Under the pieces are notes generated by a model that made no database searches, was not told the DNA's origin, and saw only the letters and a program-made list of their open reading frames with translations. This document shows, piece after piece, positions 1-11,926 of a DNA stretch of 23,432 bases; within the stretch, counting starts at the first letter, position 1; each line of letters begins with the position of its first letter. The stretch is from Octopus sinensis. Lineage: Eukaryota. The stretch lies in NCBI RefSeq assembly GCF_006345805.1, contig NW_021836620.1, positions 1 to 23,432 of the forward strand, written 5' to 3'. The position numbers were made by a program, and so were the translations under genes.

Positions 1-480
1 ATATATATAGTTTTTGTGTATTCTCTTTGTGTTTTCATGTTCGGTTTAACTGTATATGTACATATATATATAAATGTCTACATATATATATACACACACA
101 CAATAGACGCATATATATGTATATGTATATATATACACAATACACCCATATATATATATATACATATATATCATATTACATTATATTAAATTAGAGATAA
201 AACCATTATTAGGCAAATCAGACAGTGAAAAACATAAGCCAATACATAAAATTAATTTAAAAATATAAAAGTTAAAAATTTGAAAATTATTTAAATAATT
301 TAAACTTATAAATTTTAAATATATATATACAAATATATATATATGTATGTGTATTTTTATATTTATATATTATTTTTATTTATTAATTTATTTATTTATT
401 ATTATTTTTTAATTTTTTATTTATTATATAAATATCAAAAGTATTAAAAGTTTAATAAAAGATATGATATATATATATAT
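1..480. repeat. AT-rich low-complexity / (TA)n region
   Basis: Interrupted (TA)n and (CA)n runs followed by an almost pure A/T stretch at about 240-480. Confidence 0.85.
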
Positions 481-836
481 AGACAAATTGTTAGATATAC
501 ACTCATATAAGCATATACACATATGTACATGTATATCCATATATCTATAATGTATGTGAGTCTGTGTATTTGTGTATGAATTCTGAATGTGTGCTCTATA
601 TCTGAAATCACGTGTATTTCCCTTATTACCGACGGGCATGTAGTAATACATTGGACAACGAATTCCTTTTGCAGTTAAGCTCAAATTAAATACACCACAG
701 TCGTTCTGGTGCCTTCTGTTGCTTTATTTCATCTCGTTCTACAAGACAGGGTATCTCATCTCGTAAGAGTTTACCAGAATTATGCTCAAAGGCGTCCTAC
801 ATTCCATCATCCCATATATTCGTATACATATACGTG

Positions 837-854
837 TCTATCTGTCTGTCTGTA

Positions 855-920
<66 letters not shown>

Positions 921-1042
921 ATCTATCTATCTATCTATATATCTACCTATCTATTTATCTATCTATCTATCCATTTATCTATCTATCAGTCTGCCTGTCT
1001 GTCTGCCTGCCTGTCTGCCTGCTTGTCTGCCTGCCTGTCTGT
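837..1042. repeat. (TATC)n followed by (CTGT/CTGC)n tetranucleotide microsatellite
   Basis: Tandem units visible directly. Confidence 0.95.
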
Positions 1043-1054
1043 CTTTGCATATAA

Positions 1055-1089
<35 letters not shown>

Positions 1090-1227
1090 AGGTGTGTGTG
1101 TATACATGTATATACGTACATACAAACATACATTTATATATATGTGTTTGTGAGTATGTGTGTGTAATGCACTCTTATTCGTCAAGTTCAAAGCTATACG
1201 TAACAGCGTATAATGACGTAAACAACA

Positions 1228-1579
<352 letters not shown>

Positions 1580-1781
1580 GCGGCGAGCTGGCAGTATCGT
1601 TAGCGAGCTGGACGAAATGCTTAGTGGTAGTTCGCCTGTCTCTACGTTCTGAGTTCAAATTCCACCGAGGTCGACTTTGCCTTTCATCCTTTCGGGGTCG
1701 ATAAATTAGCGTGGATGTAATCGACTAATCCTCTTCCAGAATATTTCAGACTTTGTGTCTATAGTAGAAAGGATTACTATT
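1580..1781 (+). mobile_element. tRNA-derived SINE, family 1 (GCGGCGAGCTGGCAG head; GCCTTTCATCCTTTCGGGGTCGATAAA central domain)
   Basis: A-box-like AGCTGGCAGTATCG and B-box GAGTTCAAATTCC. Homologous to the copies at 7427 and 19549. The central motif resembles the Deu/Nin-type SINE domain (from recall). Confidence 0.85.
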
Positions 1782-1815
1782 GGCATTGTTATTAATGCGG
1801 CAGTGGTCTTTTTGA

Positions 1816-1885
1816 TCCTGTGTTCAAATTCCGCCGATGGCGAATTTGACATTTATCCTGTCGGGGTCGGTAAAATAACTACCAG
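1816..1885 (+). mobile_element. Degenerate fragment of SINE family 1
   Basis: TGTGTTCAAATTCCGCCGA...TTTATCCTGTCGGGGTCGGTAAAATAACTACCAG aligns to the B-box and central domain of the 1580 and 7427 copies. Confidence 0.7.
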
Positions 1886-2089
1886 GTGAACGCAGGTGTC
1901 ATACTTGGTAGTAGGATGATGAAAATTGTACGCTGAAAAAATAAATGAAACAGCTTTTCAACTCTGTGTGAATATATGTGTGCGTATGTAAAAGGGGGTA
2001 TGCAAATGTGTTTGTTTGTATGTTCACGCGCGCGAGTGTGCTGGGGTGTGTGCGTGTGCGCGCGCACTGGGAGTGGGATGGTTCATCTT

Positions 2090-2295
2090 TGTTTTGTATT
2101 TAGGTCTATTTTTTGATTTGGTTGAATCATGGTTGTTTTTTGTTGGTCAGTTTATTTTAGCGTTTTTGACAAAAAAATCATTCTAAAATTGTTTTTTTAG
2201 CGTAAGCGTGCCCAAGCAAGTCGAATGCTTACACAGAGCATGTTTTACAGCCACATCATCCAAACCGACCGCGTGAAACCGGGCTTAACTGCTAG
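2090..2295 (+). mobile_element. Helitron 3' end fragment
   Basis: Ends in CCGCGTGAAACCGGG-CTTAA-CTGCTAG followed by T: a GC-rich hairpin-like motif, then CTAG, then the T target. Same spacing as the terminus at 20693-20709. The 5' boundary is uncertain. Confidence 0.6.
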
Positions 2296-2300
2296 TATAA

Positions 2301-2318
2301 ATATATATATATATATAT

Positions 2319-2404
<86 letters not shown>
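2301..2404. repeat. (TA)n + (GATA)n microsatellite
   Basis: Tandem units visible directly. Confidence 0.95.
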
Positions 2405-2405
<1 letters not shown>

Positions 2406-2480
2406 CAATAAGATATAACATTAATAGATTAAAGATATGCTACATACATTATAATATATGTGGCTCCTTAGGCAAGTTAC

Positions 2481-3000
2481 TAAACAAGGGTACAGAATAG
2501 TACCGGCACTTGCTAGAAATAGGCGTCAAAACGACTCAAAATAACTATACAGAGCACTAAGCTCATAAGATAAACTCACAAAATGAAGTAAACAAACATA
2601 TCCTTATCACGTGCTTTCGAAATCTGATCATTATAATCTTAGTTCTCATCAGAGGATCTGACTGGTACTCGGTGTTAAAGACGGTAGTTCGCCTCGTATA
2701 ATCTCATGAGAAAAGCCTTTGAAACTCTCATGAGTTTGAACGTGACGAGGTACGATCTTTAACCCGGAGTACCAGTGAGATCCTTAGGTGAGAACTAAGA
2801 TTATTATGATCAGATTTTGAAATCACATGATAAGGATATGTCGTTTTACCTCATCTTGTGAGTTCATCTCACCATTGAGAGGTGCTTTAAATTCCTCCAC
2901 TGCTTTCCGTCAATTCATGAGGTTAGTGCCCCGTGTGGCAATTTCGAGTCGTTTTGACTCCTATTTCTAGCAATTGCCAGTAATATTTTGTACCCTTGTT

Positions 3001-3002
<2 letters not shown>
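2481..3002. mobile_element. 522-bp imperfect palindrome (foldback/MITE-like element) flanked by TA
   Basis: TAAACAAGGGTAC at 2481 and GTACCCTTGTTTA ending at 3002. The arms pair inward to a 14-nt loop at 2712-2725. The right arm carries about 45 extra nt (about 2871-2914). Confidence 0.85.
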
Positions 3003-3055
<53 letters not shown>

Positions 3056-3184
3056 AACATATAATATATATATATATATAATATATATATACATATATAA
3101 TGTATATATGTATGAATACCAGTATGTAATCCTGTGTATATGCATGTGAGCTTGTATTTATGTATTTATATATATATCTATATA

Positions 3185-3336
3185 TCACTTAGCGGTTCGG
3201 CAAAAAGCGACCAATAGAATAAGTACTGGGCTTACAAAAAGAATAAGTCCCGGGGTCGAGTTGCTCGACTAAAGGCGGTGCTCCAGCATGGCCGCAGTCA
3301 AATGACTGAAACAAGTAAAAGAGTAAAAGAGTAGAG
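3185..3336 (+). mobile_element. SINE family 2 (CORE-type), 3' part only
   Basis: CACTTAGCGGTTCGGC...GGCGGTGCTCCAGCATGGCCGCAGTCAAATGACTGAAAC and a (GAGTAAAA)n tail, matching the 3' half of 8009-8390. Confidence 0.9.
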
Positions 3337-3635
3337 TATATGTGTGTGTGTGTAATTATATATATGTATATGTACCTATGTATGTATATATGTATGTACA
3401 TATATACTCATTATCAGTCTGCGTTATCTTTTAATAGTTTTTTCTCTCTCCAGACGCATTAAACGCCGTTTAGGACCACGCAATTATCCGCAATGTACTT
3501 CTGAAAAATATTATTAAAATGGTGTACATTTCGTGAAGTTATCTTTGACACTTTAGAAAAACAAATAATTTTTCTGCTCATTAATTAATCTTTTTCTCGT
3601 GGAAAAAACTGCATTCGTTCTTTTGCCCGTCATGT

Positions 3636-3668
<33 letters not shown>

Positions 3669-3810
3669 TTTCGTGCGTGTGTATTTAAATGGTGTCTGTA
3701 TGTGTTTGGATGTACTCATGACTATTTGATGGTCTTTCTAAGTGTGGTTATTTCTCCCTTCCAATTCTTTCTCGCTCTCACTTTCTAAGCACTCATAAAT
3801 GTGTGTGTAG

Positions 3811-3845
<35 letters not shown>

Positions 3846-4227
3846 TGATTACGTGAGTAAGTGCACCAAAAAGAGACCGTTTCGTATACTTATTAATGTA
3901 GAACTTGTGAATTAAAAGGGGGCAATATTTTAGCGTAAATGTAAATGCAGATACACATAGATTAATATCTAGGTAGACGGATAGACAAAATTAATAGGTA
4001 AGTAAGTAAATGGGGCGATGAATAGAGAAAGAGAGAGAAATGGAGAAAGGAGAAAGAAAGGGAGAGAGACCAGGGAGAGAGGGAGGAACAGATGTATATT
4101 AATGGATGGATAAATGAGTGGATGTATGTTCGCGTGGATGGATCGATGGACGGTTGATCAGACTGATTTATAGACAAAGAGAATATGCTGTCATGCTCGT
4201 GTAAATCGAAGCAGTTCATTACTAATT

Positions 4228-4536
4228 TTTGTTTTCGCCCTTTTCAAGCCTGGCCAGGCTCATGGGCGCGGTTTCCTGGTTTCTATGGCGTATGTGTTCC
4301 ACCCAGCTGGACGGGACGCCAGTCCATCGCAGCGTTACTCAAGAAACAGGAAGAAAGAGTGAGAGAAAGTTGGGGTGAAAGAGTACAACAGGGGTCATCA
4401 CCAACCCCTGCCGGAGCCTCGTGGAGCTTTTAGGTGTTCTCGCTCAATAAACACACACAACGCCCGGTCTGGGAATCGAAACCGCGATCCTCCAACAGCG
4501 AGTCCGCTGCCCTAACCACTGGGCTATTGCTCCTAC
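4228..4536 (-). mobile_element. tRNA-derived SINE, head A + tail Y
   Basis: Head A (TGG..CAGTGGTTAGGGCAGCGGACTCG...GGTTTCGATTCCC) on the minus strand. The tail contains CTGCGATGGACTGGCGTCCCGTCCAG (V-SINE-like, from recall). Exact 12-bp TSD TCATTACTAATT at 4216-4227 and 4537-4548. Confidence 0.92.
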
Positions 4537-5691
4537 TCATTACTAATTAAGACTAATTAAAGTTTTAAATTCCTCTAGAGAAATTTGAGATGCAAGTACA
4601 CATACGCACATACGTGTGTGCGTTAGTGTGTTTGTGTGTGTGTGTGTGTGTGGGTGTGTGTGTGATGGCTGTCCAATCGCGATGGAAGAAGACCATCACA
4701 GACCATCGACTATGCAAAATGCCAGAAACGCCCATGCATGAGTTTATTGCACCTACCGTCCACTCCACCTGAGTTCTCGCCCGCGACGACGCCCACCTAC
4801 TCCACCGGGCGTTAGAAGTTCACCTTACAGGCAATTGCACAACCTAAAATTTCAGGTCTAGTAAGGCTTGCAGAAATCCTCGCATATCCTCTTCTCCAGA
4901 AACTGACATAATCCAGAGATAAACCCGTCAAGATATCCAGTGCGAATATGGGTCGCAGGCTCAGGAGTGCAGAAGCGCCATGATCTCATGCTCAAATCAT
5001 AAGATCACCAAAATGTTCAAAGACATTCCCTGCATATCCGGTTTTATATCAATATGACATCCTAGAAATGCTTTAACAAAAGCTGAGGAGTCTCTCAGTG
5101 GTCTTCCTGCATTCCAGACTCAAACCCGGAATTTCTTAGATTTCCATGCAGTATGAGAGGACTGCTGCTTTCATTCACGGTGAGGATGCTACAATTTTTT
5201 TAAACCGCCGAAATTTGCCGATATTAGCCGTCAGTGACTCTCGCAGCAATGACGATATTTTAACAGAAATATAGTAGGTTTTCTGTATATATATTTGTAT
5301 CTGTGCGCATATATGCATTAAGAGTTTATTAGTTCTATATCGAATGATAGTTCATGCTCTCTTAGTATATGTCTTTAGTCACGTGTCAAACGTATATCCC
5401 ACTGAACTATAAGTGCAATAAAATCTCATTTTAATGGAGAATGGAATAACGAAATACACTGGAATAATAATGTAATTCTATACTATAAATATTATCACGA
5501 CATAATACACGCCAGTGAAATTGTCAGGACATGACATAAATATTGTCTATTCTTTATTTTAATTTGATAATTATACATTGAGCAGTAGCGTGTCCTGTTT
5601 GAATTTTTTTAACATTAAATCAATAAAATTCTCGTAGGGAATCTTGAAGTAAAAGTATTATCAAAGTACACACACGCGTGTATATATATTC

Positions 5692-5752
5692 ATACATACA
5701 TACATACATACATACATACATACATACATACATACATACATACATACATACC

Positions 5753-5798
<46 letters not shown>

Positions 5799-5980
5799 AA
5801 TTCGGTTCGTGGTCCGTTCCATGTATAAACAATGACAACATATACTGAATGTAAAAACAAACAGGAGACGAACAGAAAGTTCACAATTCTTCATCAGTTA
5901 TGACCAATGGTTATTGTCTGTTTCGTACCGCTACACACACACAACACCACACACACACACACACAGACACACACATATCT

Positions 5981-6041
<61 letters not shown>

Positions 6042-6077
6042 CCCCACACACACACACACCACATATATAATATATAT

Positions 6078-6152
<75 letters not shown>

Positions 6153-6170
6153 TGTGTGTGTGTGTGTGTG
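5692..6170. repeat. Two compound microsatellite blocks: (CATA)n(TA)n at 5692-5799 and (CA)(CT)(TA)(GA)(GT) at about 5935-6170
   Basis: Tandem units visible directly. Confidence 0.9.
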
Positions 6171-6707
6171 TTGTTTTCTGTTTCTAATTATTTATATTTT
6201 TTCTCTGAAGAAGGAGCTGGTTTCCCAAAAAAGACAAAGTTCCACCATTAAGATGTAGATAAAAAAAAAAAAAAAATGTCACGTTTTAAGATTGAGAAAA
6301 GTCCTGCATATTTTTACATTTCCACTTATTGACTTTAATTACTTTAATTGTAATGTGTGATTGATTTCTTTTTCTGAAAATCCAAGCTCATCCACACCGT
6401 CAGTTAGACATGTACACAGAAAACCAAGTGCACCAATTATTATTCTTGTAAATGTAACTTTATGATTTGAATATAGAAGATGGAGGTTTTGAAGTACCTG
6501 TCCATAGTCTATCCATATATGTCTGTAAGTATGTATGTATATATGTATGTATGTATGTAACCATATTTACACGTTTCTTGTAAACAGTTGAAAAAAGTAT
6601 TTCGACGGGTAATGGAATCAATTTCACGAAGTATTCATCATTTACTGCAGTTTTGACATTAACGGATACATCCTTACTCAGTTAACTATCGGTTAAATCA
6701 ATCGTTT

Positions 6708-7029
6708 GTGAGGGCGCGTGGCTTAGTGGTTAGGGCATTCGGCTCATGATCGTAAGGTTGTGAGTTCGATTCCCGGCGACGCGTTGTGTCCTTGAGCAAG
6801 ACACTTTATTTCACGTTGCTCCAGTCCACTCAGCTGGCAAAAATGAGTTGTACTTGTATTTCAAAGGGTCAGCCTTGTCACTCTCTGTGTCACGCTGATT
6901 ATCCCCGAGAACTACGTTAAGGGTACACGTGTCTGTGGAATGCTCAGCCATTTGCACGTTAATTTCACGAGCAAGCTGTTCCGTTGATCGTATCAGCTGG
7001 GACCCTCGTCGTCGTAACCGGCGGAGTCT
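6708..7029 (+). mobile_element. tRNA-derived SINE, head B + CORE-like segment + tail X
   Basis: A-box TGGCTTAGTGG, B-box GAGTTCGATTCCC, CORE-like GTGTCCTTGAGCAAGACACTT. Tail X is shared with the copies at 10993 and 17253. Exact 15-bp TSD TTAAATCAATCGTTT at 6693-6707 and 7030-7044. Confidence 0.92.
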
Positions 7030-7426
7030 TTAAATCAATCGTTTACTGTAATATACAAGCGAAAGCATGAGGAATGTCCAAAGGATTGTGGTGAACCTAT
7101 CCGCGTCTAATGAGACAGAACATGGTTGTTTTGAGCTGAGAATCATGTTTAATGTTTAACGTTATCGGATGGTTACAAGTTACACTGTTTCAGAAACGGT
7201 GGTTTTCTCCCTTATTTCTGGCTACTCCTGATAAGCCTTTTTTGCGAAACTATGATGGTGATAACGTCCGTCATCTTAAGCCCATGAAACTCTTCCCTAC
7301 ATGGACACATGAAAGAATAGGCATTGGAATGGTACTTTTAGCGCCTTTCTTCAACAATTTTCAGCGTATGACAAAACATCATTTTGTCTATCGGAAATAC
7401 AAAGCTGTAATATATATCCCGTATCA

Positions 7427-7651
7427 GGCGGCGAGCTGGCAGAAGCGTTAGCACGCCGGGTGAAATGTGAAGCCGTATTTCGTCTGCCGTTACGTTCTGA
7501 GTTCAAATTCTGCCGAGATCGATTTAGCCTTTCATCCTTTCGATAAATTAAGTACCAGTCACGCACTGGTGTCGATATAATCGACTTAATCCGTTTGTCT
7601 GTCCTTGTTTGTCCCCTCTGTGGTTAGCCCCTTGTGGGTAGTAAAGAAATA
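7427..7651 (+). mobile_element. SINE family 1, near full length, with an alternative 3' tail
   Basis: Head and central domain match the 1580 copy. The tail is ATCCGTTTGTCTGTCC...GGGTAGTAAAGAAATA. Confidence 0.9.
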
Positions 7652-7971
7652 TATATACTGAATCACTGTAATATAGTGCATTTTATGAAACTTGTAGTAA
7701 AATATCAAATCTGCTCGGTGAGAAACAAACTTACAAAGACATAATGAATTCCTGCTGAGCTGTGTAGACATCAAAACCATTCGGTTGGATACTTTATATC
7801 CTAAGACTGCCTAACCGGCTCTCAGGATCGAAATTTGCGACGAGGGAAAAGGATTTGATTTAGTACATTTATCTGTTCAAATCCCACGCTGTGTTAAAGT
7901 AGGTATAATTATTTTTATTTCACTTTTCTTTTCATATGTATTCCGATCATCATCATCATCGTCGTCATCAT

Positions 7972-8008
<37 letters not shown>

Positions 8009-8010
<2 letters not shown>

Positions 8011-8390
8011 CGCAGGAGTGGCTGTGTGGTTCCGGGTTCAGTCCCACTGCGTGGCATCTTGGGCAAGTGTCTTCTGCTATAGCCCTGGGCCGACAAATGC
8101 CTTGAGAGTGGATTTGGTAGACGGAAACTGAAAGAAGCCCGTCGTATATATGTACATATATATGTATGTGTGTGTATGTGTTTGTGTGTCTGTGTTTGTC
8201 CCCCTAGCATTGCTTGACAACCGATGCTGGTGTGTTTACGTCCCCGTCACCTAGCGGTTCGGCAAAAGAGACCGATAGAATAAGTACTGGGCTTACAAAG
8301 AATAAGTCCCGGGGTAGATTTGCTCGACTAAAGGCGGTGCTCCAGCATGGCCGCAGTCAAATGACTGAAACAAGTAATAGAGTAAAAGAG
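8009..8390 (+). mobile_element. SINE family 2 (CORE-type), near full length, with a deletion in the tRNA head
   Basis: GGCGCAGGAGTGGCTGTGTGG head, CORE-like GGCATCTTGGGCAAGTGTCTT, internal (TA)/(TG) spacer, GAGTAAAAGAG tail. It lacks about 27 nt between two TGGT motifs compared with the 16375 copy. Confidence 0.92.
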
Positions 8391-8402
8391 TATATATATA
8401 TA

Positions 8403-9154
8403 TGGGTGTAATTGTTAATGACGATCTCAGTTGGAGTGCACACATCAACAAGAAGGTCGATATAGCTCGTAGGATGAGTTCCTGGATCTTAAGAACTTTC
8501 CGGTCCAGAGAACAAGGTGTCATCATACCACTTTTTTCCTCCTTTGTACGGCTACACCTCGAATACTGCTGCCCACTGTGGTCTCCTCACACAAGACAAA
8601 ACATCTCCAGAATTGAGTCACCCCAGAGGGCACTCACTAAACAAATTGAAGGCATGGCTGCTCTCGATTACTGGGATCGCCTTAAAGCCTTGAAACTTTA
8701 CTCCCTCCAGCGTCGCCGTGAGCGGTACATCATTTGTACGATGTGGAAAATATACCGCCAACTTTGCCCAAACGACCTAAACATTAGCTTCAAGGTTCAT
8801 CCAAGACTTGGACCACGGGCTATACGTCCCCTGCCAAATTCAAGATCACAACATACATGTACACTGCAACATAATTTCTTTTCCTCAACAGGCCCTGCCC
8901 TATTTAACATTGTCCCGAGGGAGATCAAAGAGGAAAAGGATCCTATCAACTTTAAACGGAGTCTGGATAGATTCCTTCAAAGAATACCAGATAAGCCACC
9001 CATAATTGGATACAACTCACCCAACAAGAACTCACTACTTAAACAAAACTTGACTTAAACAGGATTCGTATAATCCTATCAGGTGGTGCTATTAAGTTAG
9101 ACATGGCCTGGACCAATCTTTGGTCGAAACATATCTAAGTTTATCTAAGTTTAT
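8403..9154 (+). mobile_element. 5'-truncated CR1-group LINE: C-terminal part of ORF2 (8402-9058) plus 3' UTR
   Basis: Protein motifs GVIVNDDLSWSAHI, VRLHLEYCCPLWSP, LYSLQRRRERY and GPALFNIVP are typical of the region C-terminal to RT in CR1/L2-group LINEs. It ends with the hairpin GACCA-atctt-TGGTC and (TATCTAAGTT)x2. Confidence 0.88.
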
Positions 9155-9269
9155 ATATGTACACGCACGCGCACACATGCACACACACATGTATGTATAT
9201 CCAACATTTATCTGTCATTCACATTTCTTACTCATCGTTTCGAGAGGAAAAATCTTACACTCCCTTCCA

Positions 9270-9383
9270 TCACGACCATCATCATTATTCCACTTACAGT
9301 CGTTTACATTATCATCGTCACCACTACCAGCATCTACAACACCACCACCATAACCACCATCATCACCATCATCTCCATCATCG

Positions 9384-9429
<46 letters not shown>

Positions 9430-9471
9430 ATCATCATTGCCGTCGTCGACATCGTCATCATTACCATCAGC

Positions 9472-9507
<36 letters not shown>

Positions 9508-9540
9508 GTCATCAAAATCATCATTATAATTATCATCATC
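9270..9540. repeat. Degenerate (CAT/CAC)n trinucleotide array
   Basis: Tandem units visible directly. Confidence 0.9.
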
Positions 9541-9670
9541 GCGGCCACTTCACAGACGAGATCATTCTGTTCAGATATAATTAAGAGTTTTTCAGAAATT
9601 TAGGGGGCGATTGAACGAAACAAAGGGCGTTGATGTTGCCTTTCTGAATCAACGGGCGTTGGTACATTAA

Positions 9671-9757
9671 TGTTGTTGCTGCTGCTGCTACTGCTGCTGC
9701 TGTTGTTGTTGTTGTTGCTGTTGTTGTTTCTTTTTCTTCTTCGACTTCTTCTTCTTC

Positions 9758-9855
<98 letters not shown>

Positions 9856-9868
9856 CATTATTATTATA
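9671..9868. repeat. Compound trinucleotide array (TTG/CTG)-(CTT)-(CAT)-(TAT)
   Basis: Tandem units visible directly. Confidence 0.95.
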
Positions 9869-10418
9869 ATTAATGCAGCTAATACTACTGCTCTTGTTAT
9901 TTTTAACTGGTGCTTTTTACTCAGGTTTATAATGCCACAAATTGACATTTGCTTTCCTGCAACGATTCAAACTAGACTATGTTGGCAATACCCTAAGAAA
10001 CCGATGACTAACGCTGTGTTTCCCTCTCATCAAAAAATTTCCATCATTATCATCATTACCCACAACTTCAATAACAGCATCAGCAGCCCCAGTAGCAGTA
10101 ATAGCACCAATAGCACCACCGTGAAAGCAAACTTTGGGATCGACATCTTTGTGGTAACCAATAAAGAGTTAAAAAAATGCTTATTTTATAGTTTTAACTT
10201 TTAAAAGACCTAAAAGAGGCTGATTTCATAGTTTTGACCTTTTTTAGGTTTATAACAGCTTTTAGATCCAGAAAAGGGTTAAAAAAAAACCTCAAATGAA
10301 ACACAATATTAGTATTAAACTAAAAAAAGTTATTGATAAAGTGACCATAAAAAAAAAATGAAAAACATGATATGGCGCAAGTTTAGCCACGTGGTTACTT
10401 CGTTTAAACTGAATCTTA

Positions 10419-10801
10419 CTTGCTAAACAACCACATGGTTCTGGGTTCAGTCCCACTGCGTGGCATCTTGGGCAAGTGTCTTCTGCTATAGCCTCGGGCC
10501 GACCAATGCCTTGTGAGTGGATTTGGTAGACGGAAACTGAAAGAAGCCTGTCGTATATATGTATATATATGTATGTATATGTGTGTGTGTTTGTGTGTCT
10601 GTGTTTGTCCCCCTAGCATTGCTTGACAACCGATGCTGGTGTGTGTTTACGACCCAGTCACTTAGCGGTTCGACAAAAGAGGCCGATAGAATAAGTACTG
10701 GGCTTACAAAGAATAAGTCCCGGGGTCGATTTGCTCGACTAAAGGCGGTGCTCCAGCATGGCCGCAGTCAAATGAGTGAAACAAGTAAAAGAGTAAAAGA
10801 G
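10419..10801 (+). mobile_element. SINE family 2 (CORE-type), 5'-truncated head
   Basis: CTTGCTAAACAACCACATGG through the GAGTAAAAGAG tail; colinear with 16375-16793. Confidence 0.92.
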
Positions 10802-10833
<32 letters not shown>

Positions 10834-10992
10834 ATTTAATTTTTCCTCTTCTTCTCGTTCTCCATTTTGTTTATGAGATGTATGTTGCTCATCGTGAAAG
10901 TTAGCATGTCAAAGTTTTCATCAGACAAGATTCAATGTTCAAATGAATAGATTTTTCTTGACGGTGACAACAAAATCGTATATTGTAATATG

Positions 10993-11376
10993 GGAGGCGC
11001 AATGGCCCAGTGGTTAGGGCAGCGGACTCGCGGTCGTAGGATCGCGGTTTCGATTCCCAAACCAGGCGTTGTGAGTGTTTATTGAGCGAAAACACCTAAA
11101 GCTCCACGAGGCTCCGGCAGGGATGGTGGTGATCCCTGCTGTACTCTTTCGCCAGAACTTTCTCTCACTCTTACTTCCTGTTTCTGTTGTACTTGTATTT
11201 CAAAGGGCCGGCCTTGTCACTCTCTGTGTCACGCTGAATATCCCCGAGAACTACGTTAAGGGTGCACGTGTCTGTGGAGTGCTCAGCCACTTACACGTTA
11301 ATTTCACGAGCAGGCTGTTCCGTTGATCGGATCAACTGGAACCCTCGTCGTCGTAACCGACGGAGTGCTTCCATCC
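10993..11376 (+). mobile_element. tRNA-derived SINE, head A + tail X, full length
   Basis: A-box TGGCCCAGTGG, B-box-like GGTTTCGATTCCC. Exact 13-bp TSD ATATTGTAATATG at 10980-10992 and 11377-11389. Confidence 0.95.
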
Positions 11377-11455
11377 ATATTGTAATATGAGAAGACCAAG
11401 ATGAATAATGTCTGGGGAAAGAGAGCGAGGATATATTTAATCAAACATACATAAA

Positions 11456-11827
11456 ATAATAAAGATACATGCTTTCATCATTGCATACATAGATAAAGAT
11501 CTGCGTGGGAAGTCGTATAGGCAAATGTATTGTATAAGTTTATGTTACAAAAAATACATCGTAACGGTTTAGCCGCATGGTTACTTCGTTTAAACTGAAT
11601 CTTACTGCTAGACTCCTCCTAACCTTAAAATCACTGGTGCCATCTCCTTAGCTTAGTTTTTCCTTAGGGCTGACCAGACTGCAGTAATCTCGAGTATAAC
11701 CAGCCGAAATTGCAAAGATAATCTGGAACTCGACTGAGGAAAGAAAACTCCGATGGACCCGTCCTTGCTTTTTTGTATCGTCTTTCTGGATGTTTTATTG
11801 TCCCCTCTTTTGTATTCTTTATATACA

Positions 11828-11926
<99 letters not shown>

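Noticed and set aside
3440-3530. Strong polypyrimidine-CAG acceptor-like site (TTTTTCTCTCTCCAG)
   Set aside because: All three frames reach stops within about 70 nt and no convincing donor was found.
6708-6770. tRNA-like heads with A and B boxes (also at 10993, 12882, 15498, 17253)
   Set aside because: They are SINE heads without a complete cloverleaf or acceptor stem, so they are not called tRNA genes.
9157-9948. Poly-His, poly-Leu and poly-Gln ORFs
   Set aside because: Triplet repeat read-through with no domain or splice support.
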